Both the position numbers and the translations under genes were made by a program. Below are positions 51,120 to 64,000 of a stretch of 64,000 bases of DNA, one piece after another; positions within the stretch are counted from its first letter, which is position 1; every line of letters begins with the position of its first letter. The notes under the pieces were generated by a model that saw only the letters and a program-made list of their open reading frames with translations, ran no database searches and was not told the origin of the DNA. This stretch comes from Lingula anatina (lineage: Eukaryota > Animalia > Brachiopoda): positions 6,952,954-7,016,953 of the forward strand of contig CM120644.1 in NCBI GenBank assembly GCA_051362555.1, read 5' to 3'.

Positions 51120-52353
51120 ATGTCAGCTGATGAGAAGTTGCGTGTTAGCGTTTTGAATATCACGGTTAGGAGTGAATATCCTGACCCAGCTAAAAGGGAT
51201 AAACTAATGGCAAATTTTAACGGATGGAGGGAGAAATATCGTGTCCCTGTGAATTTTGATTTCACGGAAGAACCTTCCAAAGAAGAGGTCTATGATATCG
51301 TTGTACATAGCGATATTGGAATGGATTATACTCTTGGAGCACGAATTAATGCTATACGAAGGGCAGGTACGTGCACACTATATGTACTCTTTGCCCGTGT
51401 TTCAAAATAATTTGCTTAAGATAATTTACCTTGAATGTCTTAGTTTGCATTACTTTAAACATAAGTGTTAATTTTTATTTTGCATGAGTCAATCTTGCTG
51501 GCATGAGTTTGAGTTAAACTGATCTAAGGTATATTTATTAGATCGACATTATTTCTACAAATTTTCACCAGTGCATTTTATTATCAATTTGCTTTAGATT
51601 TCAGTATAGATGCCAGCCTGAAAGGTACCAAAGAAAAAGAAAAAAATGGAGACCAAAAACAGGTACAGATAGAAGAAAAACTATCTTGTGAATCCCTGTG
51701 CTGGGCGCTGGGTCGTTGGTTTCTTAGTAAGGAGACAAAACTTAGCTCTCGGTTAGCTTCGCTTCGTGAGTATGATGATCTGTCACTTCGAATAGTAGCT
51801 GATCATATTTGCCAGATGACTGGATATGATTCAGAGGTAGTAGTATGTCTTTTGACCCAATGGGATAAACGTTATTTGAACTACAACAAAATCTTCGATC
51901 CCAGAATAGAACATACGTTCATAGCGACACTTGAAGCGTTTGTAAATCAAGAAAGAGAACAAAAGGAAAGGGTGGCAAAAATGGAGATCGAAATTCAGGA
52001 GAAGGATAAAAAGGTACAAGAAATTACCAGTGAAAGAGAAAAACGTATTTCCCGTCTAATGGAACAGCACCAAGATAAAATAAATAAAATAAACGAGGAA
52101 AAGAAACAGCTGCAAGAAAAAAATCCACCATTTAGAAAAAGAAAAAACGCGCGTCAGAGATGATAAGTACGATCTGGAAGTGAAGAAAGCAGAATGTAGC
52201 GAACTATCAGATAAATATAAGGCTGCTTTAGACTCCATGGCCACATGGAATAATCTTTTGAATGAGATGGAAACCAAACTAAAAAAAGACAGTAAAGAGG
52301 TAAGCACATGTTCAGTGGCGGATTTAGGAGGTGTCAGAGGCGTCAGGACCCCC

Positions 52354-52385
<32 letters not shown>

Positions 52386-53420
52386 TAATTTTTTTGTCTG
52401 GAAATATTCTTGATGCAAAACAAATCTCAACCCTTTCACTGCATACAAGTACCTGTTCAAAACTAAGATGTAAAAGCTGCTGTGTGTGTGTGTCTGTGTG
52501 CTGCTATAGGTTCCTTAGTATTATATAACATTGCGATTGATGACCTAAAAAAATTCGTCCGTGGCTCAGACGAAGTACGGAAGCAAAGTTCATGCACATA
52601 CAGGTGTATATTGACCGAATGTAAATTAATGGTTTTTAGGTTTAGAAGCCACTTCTTTTGTAGTTGCAGGATGGCCCAACCTCACTTTTCAATTGCACGT
52701 ATCAGCAAGTCCGTTTCTTTATTTGTCGTCCTTTGTAGCAAGTCAATACCATACTGTTGTTGCCAATCTGCAGGATAAAAGAACAATTTATGATGTTGCA
52801 TTTGCATATTTGTTTTTCAGAACACAGAACAACTGCTAGAAACAGTCGACCAAATTTGGCAAGGACAAAAAGATGAGATTATTTTCTCCATTGAAAGCAT
52901 GGGTGATCACGTGATTGGCTGTCTGAAGTCACACGGTGAAGCTCTAGGTACCCAGACATGTTCACGTCCAGTGACAGAAGATAAATCGCCGCTGGAAGAA
53001 AATGCCGACTTAAAGAATATCTGCTGTTTGTTATCAAAAGGGCTAGGTACGTTTGGTGCTTTTTTTTTATATTTTATATTTTATATTGTTAAAACAGAAA
53101 GAATCATATTTTCATTCAAATACTCATTTATCTATGGCAACATTCGTGCCTTATATGCCAGGTGATTCGTGGCGTGAACTGGGAAGAGCCCTTGAAGTTG
53201 GCAGTCGTTGCCTTGACGACATTGAGGAACGCTATGGTCAGTTTGCAACTGAAGAACTTGTTTGGGGAGTTCTTGATAAATGGGCTGAAATGGGAAATCC
53301 TACGAAGCAGGTTTTACTACAAGCAGTCCAGGGAATTGGCCAAGAAGCTATTTTGGGTAGGATATATATGTGTGTGTGTGTATATATATATTTTTTATAT
53401 TACCTTATAGTGTGTGTGTG

Positions 53421-53455
<35 letters not shown>

Positions 53456-55286
53456 AAATTAGAGATAGATAGATAGATTGTTTTGAGCAATCAGACACTG
53501 ACATATCTCACCTTCCTCATAACTTTAACTCTGGGCTTCATCGTGACATGCAATTACATTGAATCTACCACCGACCTTAATTATCTCAGGAGGTTCTTGG
53601 TGTTCTTATATTCCCGACCAATATATCATTAGTGAATGCTAAAACTTTGACATTTATGTTGTCTAGGTCCTCCCATGACTGGTATCCACCGTGACCGTCT
53701 CCAAAACCTCTACCCATATCTACACAGAGAGATGATGGACGTTGAACTGCTCTTGCCTTACCTTAGAGGAGACGGCATTCTAACCAGGTCTCAGATTGAC
53801 ATAATCCTTGGAGTTCGGGGACAGTTTGGAAAGACTGACAAACTTCTGAAGATGTTACCAAACTTGGGATGCAAGGCATTTGATGGTTTTGTGAGTGCTT
53901 TGGAACAAAGCGGTCAGAAACACATTGCCAAGAAATTAAGAGGCAAGGAATGCAGAAATCTCCCATTCTAGTCATTACATTACATTAAATTCACTTTACT
54001 ACTTCGGCACTTATGTATTGTGCATGGCCTACCTCATACTTCTGTTTGTCTTTGATTTGTCTTTAAGTACAAAATCAGCAAAACTAATTATTCATTTTAG
54101 CTCCTCAGTGGCAGAGGCATAAATAAAAATCCCCCCATAATTAAAAAAAGTGAAATGGTTCTTACATGGCGGTGCACTTGTACCGGTACTACATACCTAC
54201 TTCTGTATAGGGTTATCGATTTTCATCGTTTTCACAAGTGTACAAAGCGTCGATTTTTTCAGACCCCCCCTCCTTCAGAGGTGAAAAGCTCAAAATTATG
54301 ACAGAGGACACCAATTTGGATGTATATATTCATTATTTTTCAAAGGCCTACAGAAGACATACCCCCTCCTCCCCCCCCCCCCCCCCCCCCCCCAGCCGGG
54401 AGCGTACGATTTGCACACTTGTGAAAAATGACGAAAAAGTGTATGACAGAATCTTTATGTTATGGATGTGTATCAATCATTTGGCATCTCATTATTCGTC
54501 TTTGTTGTCTCACCTACTACCTATACTGTCATTCAAAGCTCAAGCATGGTCGAAATGACATTGTCATTGTTTTCTGCGCATGAAATTGTTATTTCCCTCT
54601 GTGCTAAATAATAAATAAATCTCCACATGTTTATTCTTTTGAAGCTGAGTCCATGGGTCAGTCCGCCATTGTCAGTTGTGAGAGGATGAGTAAAACTTTA
54701 TCCAAAGAATTATCTGTAATGACTGCTGACAAAATGATTGAGGAAGGTACGTCGATTTTCTGTCACAACATAGGTTTAATTATTTGTTAAAAATGAAGTA
54801 ATGTTCGTCTAATGACAGACAAGCAGGAATAACGTTTGCCGCGTTTTTTTTTTTTTTTAAATTTTTTAATTTTTTTTGTTCAACTTTAATATGCAGAGGA
54901 GTAGTTTTAACGTGTAATTTGATAGAATATTGAAGGAATTTTATAGAAAATACGTCGTCTCTACTCCGTAGGAAAATAGACAAGGGACTTAAGTTTATAT
55001 GGTTTTATATGAAAATTGGGGGAGGGTGGTTCAAACTTGAATGCTGATGCGTTTTCATGGAATACGTAGGTAGTTTCCATCTATACCTTTATTCACAAAT
55101 TACAGATCAAATTTCAAAAAGAAAATATATCTTGCAGAGGCCGCCTCTGGTTTTGCGCAAGCATTGAGCGCCGAAAGCGATGATCAACGGATATCCGACA
55201 TACTGCATTTAGTAACGGAAATCCACAGCCAAACCAGCTGGTTTACTAAAGTTGTACATGTAGGTGAGAGGATGGAATCCCACTGA
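51120..55286 (+). CDS. Paralog 5: N-domain + coiled coil + Death domain + CARD; one +1 frameshift in an A7 run (real lesion or sequencing error)
   Basis: Exons 51120-51366, 51598-52299, 52821-53046, 53162-53356, 53667-53942 (GC donor), 54645-54746 (acceptor shifted 3 nt) and 55138-55286. Removing one A at 52117-52123 restores QEKIHHLEKEKTRVRDDKYDLEVKKAEC, in frame with paralogs 1 and 2. Confidence 0.75.
54220..54440. mobile_element. Small inverted-repeat element in intron 5 of paralog 5
   Basis: TTTTCATCGTTTTCACAAGTGTACAAAGCGT ... ACGATTTGCACACTTGTGAAAAATGACGAAAA. Confidence 0.55.
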
Positions 55287-55400
55287 GAAAAAAAAGGGCA
55301 ACGAGCAATCCTAAGATGAAATTCATGCCGGTAAAGTGTCCACCCGTAGTTTAGTTTGCGTCTTTTAAATATACATGAATTTCAATCCCGTTTTTAAGTA

Positions 55401-55451
<51 letters not shown>

Positions 55452-55617
55452 TTTGTCACAATTAAGGTACAATTTTTTGCAGTTTGGCAATCTGCCTAGA
55501 CAAGTTACCGCATAAGGTTAGATAATTTGAAAATATAAATCTTAAATTTTCTATCATTTATAGTTATCTTTTTTATATGTTTTATATTACCTAATATTGA
55601 AATTGCATATTGAGCAT

Positions 55618-55846
55618 CATTACCTCCGCCAAGGAGTTTATGTTTTCACCCCTGTTTGTCTGTCTGTCTGTCTGTTTGTTTGTCATCAACATAACTCAAA
55701 AAGTTATGGACCGATTTTTATGAAATTTTTAGGGTAGGTCAGAAGTGATTAGATTTCGGTGGTGATCCAGAGCAATAATCAATCAATAATAATGAAGAAA
55801 ATGCTGCCTTGGCGGAGGTCTGCGCTCTCGGGTTGCTTTTCTAGTT
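55618..55846. mobile_element. Short non-autonomous element (Helentron/HINE-like)
   Basis: ACCTCCGCCAAGG ... CCTTGGCGGAGGT subterminal inverted repeat, an internal (TGTC)n microsatellite and a CTAGTT 3' end. Confidence 0.6.
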
Positions 55847-56207
55847 AATATCTGTTTATATGCCGTACATTTACTCTCATAAGAAACCTGTAACATCCGA
55901 TGTGTAAATTAAGATAATCTATCTATCAATCGATCTGTACTCAGGGAGCAACCCATTAACCGCGCCACTTATTCTCTGTAACCTTGAGTGAACCATTATT
56001 CGTCCAGTCTGTAATCGACTCCATCGTGGATCACATTTATAGTGTACGGCATGGTGAAAAATTCAGGAAGACCAAAGTGACGTGTTCATGGGATATACTG
56101 TATATATATATATATATGCTTTATTTTCGTGCCACAAACAACAAATGCTGCTGATCACATTTTCCAAGATCAGACAACATTTAAGTATTTATTTTGGAAA
56201 GGAGTAC

Positions 56208-56251
<44 letters not shown>

Positions 56252-57815
56252 TGCATGACATCATTCAGAAAACGTTTCCAAACGAAAAATTATAGCTTAA
56301 GTGAAATGAGACGAGCAAAACATTGCCATAGCTGTTTATTGACTGGAAAGCTTTCATTGGCGGCTAGTACAGGGTGTATATACATGTATAGATACGATTG
56401 TAAACTAACTGAAGGGAATCACATATATTACTAACAATCATGGCATTTAGGTCCGCACTAAGACGTCTATCTGCTTACTCTCTCTAAAGAGCCAATAACA
56501 GTTAAAAGAGTCGTAATAATTCTTTACGTTATGATTTGAGATTGATATCGCTATGCTGAACAAAAACCTCCTTTTTTTGTACAGATGCCGAGTCCGTGTA
56601 TTCGTCCGTACCTGACGGTGTTAGGATAGAGGGGAACACTCTGACAGAAGATATTCCAGAAGAGTCTATTGTCAGAAGACTCGGGCGATTTTTGTGGGAA
56701 ATGATAAACGCCTTGCCGTTTGGTTGAATAGCTTAGTAATTTATTCACCATCTTAAGAGCTTATCTTTTATGAAGAGCTATCAAACTGTCACTAGAAATA
56801 TTAACTGCCCTTTTTTCTGTTGGGAAATAGTCTGTATCCAATGAAACCCGGAACAACTGACAGTATATACTGTAGGTGCATGGTTTCCTGTAGCAGTGGA
56901 AGGACATGCACGAGATCTTACTTAAAGACGGTGTGCCTGTAAAATATCGTGTGTGTGGGTGTGTGTGTGTGTGTGTGTGTGTGAGTGTTGATATTAGAAA
57001 ACTGTTTGTTTTTTGTGTAGTGTACTCGCATATTCAGATATCATCGTCCTTTAAAGAGAAAACATAAATAACGTCTTTGTGTGTGAGTATACAATATGTA
57101 CACTGTACTAGTGACTGGATAAAATCCACTCATATTTTATTAAAGGTATTGATTTACGTTTGCTTTCAACTGTTCTCTTTTAAAATGCCAAGACTATTCT
57201 TTTCTATGTTATTTTAAAAAGTAATGTATAGAGGAAATCAATATGGCGTACACGTCTGTTGATTTTTTTTACCTTATAAGATATCGATTAGGAAATTCTG
57301 CAATTGTACACGGAAGGATACAATATCGAACAAAAGAAATGGAACGAACAATATTGTAAGGGGTATTTTGTGGTGTTTACGTTATTTGCAGTTGTTTTCG
57401 CCCCATTTGATCTCCCTTTGTCACAGCTGAAAAACATTGCATTCAGACAAATATATATACACTTTTCTCACTTCCGTCTATCACATGTATATAGTTATTT
57501 TTATATCAAAATTATCTACCAGTGTAAACCTGTACATTTTTGTCTGCTGTATTATATCAATTTTTTTTTAATTAGTAAAATAGTTGTGAGTTCAATGCAA
57601 GGAAACATACGCCCATCTTAATTACTTGCATGTCTGTTAATTTAAGTACAGGATACAAAAGTAAATCACTAGAAATGTCCTTAAATGCAAAAGCAGTTAG
57701 ATTTAAAGTGCTAATTTCTTTGAAGTCTAATACCCTGCAATTGATAAGTGCTCTATTTTAATTTATTTACATTCATAATAAGTTGATCCGCGGACTAACT
57801 GCTCCGCGGTTTAAA

Positions 57816-58000
57816 TATGGCCGACCCACCTGAAAGCAATGCCACCGGTTCTGCATGGCACATAAATTAAATCTCGGCTCCACTTCGATAAGGCGTAGGG
57901 AACAAGGCAAACATCAGTATAAGAGTGCATTGCGCCCTGATCGAAGTAGAGCGGAGAACGGGTCCATTAGGGGATCATTTTTCAATGGGGTCGGCCATAC
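57816..58000. mobile_element. Palindromic MITE
   Basis: Outer inverted repeat TATGGCCGACCC...GGGTCGGCCATA and inner inverted repeat CTCCACTTCGAT...ATCGAAGTAGAG. Confidence 0.55.
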
Positions 58001-58504
58001 TTGATCTGCAGATCAGTTAGTCCGAAGATCGACATGTTCTGAATTCACTCATTGACCCTTTCACCAAAGAAGCTGATTGATTAAGGTGGAGAGGGCGCAC
58101 GCTGGAGAAAGGCAAAAAGCAGCAAAGAATTAATGAAAACTCAAATACTATTATTATTATTATTTTTGTTATTATTATTATTCTATTGTGCTGTAATAAA
58201 TATAGCAAAATAAGTAGAAAGCTGATTTTTCTTGTGCATGCCATGAGAATATGCTTTGGTTTTAAAAGGAATATACGAAGTACAATCTGGTTTTAATGAC
58301 TTTTAATTGCGACATCAGCTCTTCATATGAATCCGTCTAGCTAATTAAGAAAACAAAAATACGTGGTTGATTTTCAGTCATATAACAACCATTAAAAACA
58401 TTATCTTATCTTCATATTTTCGAAATTATCACCTGTAGAAGAGTTTTACGCTTCACGAAAGATGCACATATTAGCATATCAAAGTCTTGTCACAGCAACG
58501 GTCA

Positions 58505-58900
58505 GTGGTACGTCTGGCCTCATCTGGCTGCTACTAAGGCTCTAAGGCGGTAAGGTTTTGCTCCTGACAGTTTTCTTCGGGTTTGAACTTGAATACTATT
58601 CCAGGCATCGGTTGGAGCTTGTCCAATTTGGTTCAGATTTGTTGTAGGACCAAATTCGGCGAGTATTGGCTAACTAATAATGGCGGTTTTGATGGCCACG
58701 GTAGCTGTTCAGGGCCTTGGTTCTGCAAGTACTCTGTAAATGCTGGTGTTCCGCGTAGACTGACATTTTCTTCTTGTAAAGTGATGTTGTTCTTTAAGTT
58801 CCTCTTGCAAATGCGGGCGCGTACGGATACACACCCTGAAACCCATGGCGTGTTCCGAACTACGGTGAACGTTGGATCCTTCCGTGACGTTTCTAGTGGT
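58505..58900 (-). mobile_element. Highly degenerate Tc1-like transposase C-terminus
   Basis: Minus-strand frames give TEYLQNQGPEQLPWPSKPP (cf. LPWPAKSPDLNPIE) and PTTNLNQIGQAPTDAWNSI...RLRALVAAR*GQTYH (cf. the Tc1 C-terminal ...ACIAARGGHTRY). Confidence 0.6.
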
Positions 58901-59708
58901 TTGGTAGTTGGGTAGACCTAGAATTTTTTGACTGAACCTTGCTCTGCCATAGTCAGACTCAGACCAGCCGAAAGAGCACCACCCAAAGAAATCACCACAT
59001 ATTACGTAATGCAGCCGTGCTTCAGACAATTAAGACAGGGAGCTAATAGTTACTGACACTCCTGACTACACATTATTCACATGAGATACACTTTTTAGAA
59101 ATAAATAACACATTTTTGAAACTAAAACATTTCATGCCAAGTCTCTACATGCATGATTGGTGTAATATACGGTTTTACACGCTCGGTGAAACACTAACCA
59201 TTAAGCATCCAACTGCTTTCACTCCGAGATAAATCTCCTTAGAATAAGTTATGCTGGAAAATTAAAACCAATCATTTAAACGCAAAAGACAATTAATTAA
59301 TTAATTGATTCTAATGGCACGTTGTAGAATAATGGGGTATATACAATCACACAATGTAACGTACCGGTATATCTCTAAATGATGATGAACCTTAACGTCC
59401 TTACAGACTCCTGTCTCTACCTAGCCCTCAGAGGTAGAAAACTATAATTAAAGAAGACATTTATGAATCAATATCACAGTCGAAGAAAAATCTGTGCGAA
59501 CACAGGAAGATGTTCATTCACCACACCATTCAGTAGCAATTCACTTTTAATCAACAACTGTTTATAGATATTTGTCAATAGGGTGCAGCATCGTCGGTGA
59601 TACTTCGCTGTTTACAGTGTTGGCCACCCGCTTTGTGTGCAATTTATTTGTGTATTTGTAATATTTCGCATACAGCTGGGAGGCTCGTATTATATCTATT
59701 ACTAAAAA

Positions 59709-59778
<70 letters not shown>

Positions 59779-59860
59779 AAATGGGTATTGGCCTGCATGC
59801 TAAAGTAGCTGGATTGGAAATCTATTTTACTGCAAATGTCTGTGAGCATACGTGTGTGTG

Positions 59861-59894
<34 letters not shown>

Positions 59895-60133
59895 CATCGC
59901 CTTTGTCCATATTGTTAACTTTTCCTGTCAGAAAACTGAAATTAAATACTACTTCGTTGAAATTGACTGACAATTTACGGATCTAATCATCGGCAATTTT
60001 AGCCGTAAGGGAAATTGTGTATTTAGTGAATTAATGAGTAATCAATCATAAGTATAAAGTATAAAACAAGCTCCAGTCTTCTACACTGGCACAGAACCAA
60101 CCATACCAGTAACTCACCAGAAGTGATTTCAAG

Positions 60134-61387
60134 ATGGACGTGTTCTTCATTAGAACGGCATCCTTTTTGTGTTTTATGTTGATTCTTCAGACCGCTTACT
60201 TAAATGCAGGTAAGTAATCTGTCTGGTGATATACAGCATGAGCATGCAGATAAAAAAATAAATGTGGGAAAAGAAGGAGAAAAGGCAGTTATTGATATGA
60301 TGAATTATCTTTAATGCTAAATGTATAATACAACTTTAAATGAACAACATTAGCGAAAGGGTATGCTTTAGCACATGTATGATGTTGATGTTTGATTTTG
60401 AAATATCATTTGAAAAAAAAATATTGAATCAATTTTGCTGAAATAGATGATTAAATTTCGAGGTGATGCTCCAAAATTTTGTAATATTCGCGAGCTATCA
60501 AAATCGTTTATCAAAAAATTAATTTCGCACTTTCGTTCACTTCCTTCCCTTTAGTGAATGGAAAATGTAGAATTTAAAAAATATATGACATGTCGCAAAA
60601 GCGATTTTTAAACAGCATGACCGTTTGTCGATTATTATGCGTGTCATATTTCTTAAGGGGGGGAGTAAATGGCTGAGATATAATCTATATTCGTATTATT
60701 GGTTCCAGAAATCTGCAGCCCGTGTCCCGGATGTCCCGACTGCCCTAAATGGACAAAATGGATTGACCGGGATGACATCAGTGGCACAGGCGACTTCGAA
60801 ACGTTTGATCCGCCATATTTGAACCGATCTGCGATAGTTCGTATTATATCAATGCAGTTTACCCATGTCTGGTTTCTTAACTGTTACTTGTTGCTTTAAA
60901 TTTTCTTCGGCGCCATAAGCCCTTTTAGTCAGCAAAACCTAGATTTGATATTTTACACGGCTTTACTTTGTACAATTCTATGTAAAATTTCCACAATGTA
61001 GCTGTAAAATAAGAAAAAAGAAGCAACCTGATTCTACAAAATCCTGATTTATAGATAGTTCAGAATGACCTAATGAAATTACTCGAGATTTCAAAATTTG
61101 AAAAACTCGTAACTCACCTTTTACCCCGGATCTACTGGCGTTACAGTGCATCGATATATTTCAATTAAACAACATGTGTATTTTCCTTTTTCCAGTGTGA
61201 GGACGGAAAGGCCCCTATCGACATTGAGTGTGATATCCAAACATCTAGAAAGATATGGTGGTTGCATAGTTACGTCCTGAGACCAGGATACAACTGTACT
61301 TTACAGAATGGAATTGGTTGTTTCAACAGAGACCAAGGTTCCGGCTACTGTCCTGATTATCGCGTACGGTTTCTGTGCCCAGCTTAA
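60134..61387 (+). CDS. Small secreted WxxW-domain (Mucin2_WxxW/CILP-like) protein, about 131 aa, 3 exons
   Basis: Exon 60134-60209 encodes a signal-peptide-like MDVFFIRTASFLCFMLILQTAYLNA. Exon 60709-60836 encodes CPKWTKWIDRDDISGTGDFET. Exon 61196-61387 encodes CEDGKAPIDIEC...CTLQNGIGCFNRDQGSGYCPDYRVRFLCPA*. Boundaries are GT-AG with phases 1 and 0 consistent. Confidence 0.88.
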
Positions 61388-63121
61388 AAGACTGGGCCAC
61401 ATCACATCACTTTACTTTTTTTTCATTGGAGAAGAAAAAATACTGGACACCGAAATACATGTATTTCAAGGTTAAATTGTAAGAACTAAAATAACCTGTG
61501 AAAGTGAACTCTCTTTCTATACGGTATTCGAGATGATTATTATAACATCATGAAATCTGATAATTTTAATCTTGTTGTGAGCATTGATTCTTCGAATTAG
61601 AATTTTTACTTAACGCTTTATTGGTGGAGAACTTGGAACTTGAGCAAATTAGTGAACTTGAAAAAGTAAACATTTTTTTCTGTACGACCCGATTCAATAG
61701 TAAAAAATAAATGAGCTTGAAAATATAAATATTTTGTTATGGCCTGATTATTGTTTTATATAATAATTACAATTTCATAATAATCACCTTTAGTTTTTAT
61801 TCTGTTGCAATCGTTATAAAATGGTTACCCAGTGTAAAACTACCTAATCGTCGATGGAGAACACAATATGCGTGATTACGCTGGGGATCGAAGTTGGTCG
61901 ATTTTGGCCCTTTTAATCGAATAAACAATCGACTTAAAATTGAACGTAGTCTACAGTGCATTGATTAACAACTCATTTGTCGTGTAATATGTGTTCCTAT
62001 CAGTACCAACTCAGACTTGGTAAACCTCATTTTACGTCATCAATCGACTAGATAACGAACATGTACATGGGCCACGCATGGCCTCTGACCTTTCAGATAT
62101 CAAAGTCACAACTTATCTCACCCTTTTATGTTCTAAAACTGCCTACATTGTGGATTTCACATGAACAACCTTAATCAAAGGGATAATAACTCTTCATAAG
62201 AGATCTATATTTCACAATAAAAACATTGTGAACAGCTCATAGAAATATAATATATTCTGTTTTACCACAAAAACGGCAGTTATAGCTATTATTCTGATAT
62301 CTGAGCTCGTCTTTAGACCACGTGACCTCCATTGATGGATGTACTCTGTTATAATCTCTTAAAAGATTTTAATATAAAACCAAACTTTTTTGGAAAAAAA
62401 ACAGGGACTAACTTTGAATGTAAAAATGGATTCAATAACCATTGGTAAATATGGGAAAATTGTTATTAACTCCAGGAAATTTGTTTTTTGGCCAAAACGA
62501 AGAGTTATTAACCCTTTAAAAATTAAAAAAAAGATAGTCCTTAGAGCTGCTTCACTCACTAAACACCAAATGTTTCAAAAACAAAAAGAATTGTGTTTAT
62601 CGATCCTGCTTACATAAAATGATCTCTCGTGAATTGAGTCTATATGCAGCCTGTGTTCTCATCAAAGTTCATGGCTGATCAAGCTGGACTGGAAGCATGC
62701 AAATCCAGTGACGAATTCAGGATTATTTTAAGGGGGGTGTCCGCGGATGCTAAGCCGACCCTCCCCCCTCCATCTAGGCATGGGGTTCGGGCCCGCTTAA
62801 GGCCCTGGAATTATAATTTCAAGAAGGAACCATCGGTGTATTTTTTTCCAGAAATTAAAGGGGGGGTCAGGACCCCCCTGACACTCTTTACGTTTTATTT
62901 CCTTCCTTTCCTCTTTTATTTAAACTACAGAACAAAACAAAAAGCAAGATTTTTTATCATTGCATATCACATTAAAATGCCCTCGCTGACCGCCTCCCTT
63001 CCGCGAGTCAATCGAGTGAAATAAGGCATCATTTCTTTCCTCCTACGCTGCTTTAAGTAGAATCCCGGATCCGCCTGTATTAGTAATTATGGCAAGTGAT
63101 TAATCGATAGAGCAATAGTAA

Positions 63122-63345
63122 AGTCCCCTTTACACTGGACGGCGTCCTTTCTGCGTCCAGCAGTACGGCCCCATTTGAGAGTTAAAAAATTATAATGCTT
63201 TACGTGCCGATAACTGGCCGATCATTGAGCATTCATTCTGATACAAAACCAATGCTCGTGCCTCCTTATTAAGACCACAGCGATGCCAAATTTCATGGTC
63301 GCAGGAAGGGCGGAGAAAGGACGCCGTCCAGTTTAAAGGGGGGTA
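63122..63345. mobile_element. Harbinger-like MITE; related decayed copy at about 33208-33405
   Basis: TIRs CCCCTTTACACTGGACGGCGTCCTTTCT and AGAAAGGACGCCGTCCAGTTTAAAGGGG. Confidence 0.7.
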
Positions 63346-64000
63346 TAACGGACCGTATAGATCGAATGAAATTATTTGTGAGTCAAGTAATACTTGAAGT
63401 TAGGACGCAGTCCACTCGAGTAACAGCTCTGAAATTCAAAGTAGATTGAATATAGATAAACCTCTGAAAGCAACGTTGGTAAAAGACGTTGTAAGACACC
63501 TAGGACGGTTTAAAGTGCCCTCCCTCCGTTAGATTCAAGTTAACTTTAGCGTTGCGTAAGTGGGTCGCAATCTCGAACGGAGCTTACCTGTGTAAATAAA
63601 AAGATATACCGGATTCTGTTTCACAACGAGCCCTCTCTCGCGCATGACAGAGATATGAAATACATACAAAAAAAATTAATTTTAGACAATTAAAACTCAG
63701 CACTAAATTTACCGAAAATAGATCACAATAAAACTATCAATAATATTTTTGGGCTCCATTTGGAACTGTTTAAAACTATGATTCAGATTTTTAAAGAAAT
63801 CGAAGAGGGGTCACCACCCCCTTAAATCCGCCACTGTTAAGAACTATAATTACTCAGACAATCGTAATGAATTTAAAAAATGTTCTCGAAATGGTGTTAA
63901 ATATCGTAGATTCTAAGCGGATTTAGGATAGGGCAGATTCTGGTGATTAAAGTAAATTTACATTTTTTTTTTAATAAGAAGGTCTCACATTGCTTCTATG

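Noticed and set aside
58583-59029. ORFs 58583-58915 (+) and 58709-59029 (-) as host genes
   Set aside because: Better explained as frames overlapping a decayed Tc1 transposase.

Overview
AT-rich, intron-containing animal DNA, probably an invertebrate (inferred from GT-AG introns, (TA)n/(TG)n microsatellites and the transposon content). The window is dominated by a + strand tandem family of 7-exon genes that the ORF track shows only in pieces. Splicing the exons by hand gives a protein of about 630-690 aa: a fast-diverging N-terminal alpha/beta domain (LIASFxxWRxKYGIPVxF ... SLHWALGRWF), a variable-length coiled coil, a Death domain, a CARD, an acidic linker and a helical tail ending R(Q/K)TSSxxES. 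One copy is fully intact (3630-16984). Two carry single lesions (21720-25703, 51120-55286). Two are broken (31057-34462, 35645-47356), and a sixth survives only as a promoter plus start codon (~28780-28952). Consensus NF-kB sites lie just upstream of three of the start codons. The Death-domain exon of one broken copy is split by a head-to-tail trimer of a nearly identical 2647-bp PIF/Harbinger-type transposon with an intact 350-aa transposase. Other mobile DNA includes three decayed Tc1/mariner copies, a CACTA-like element, a Gypsy integrase relic, a TIR element carrying a RecQ-helicase fragment and several MITEs. A 3-exon gene for a small secreted WxxW-domain protein lies at 60134-61387. All gene models and identities are from manual reading; no database searches were run.
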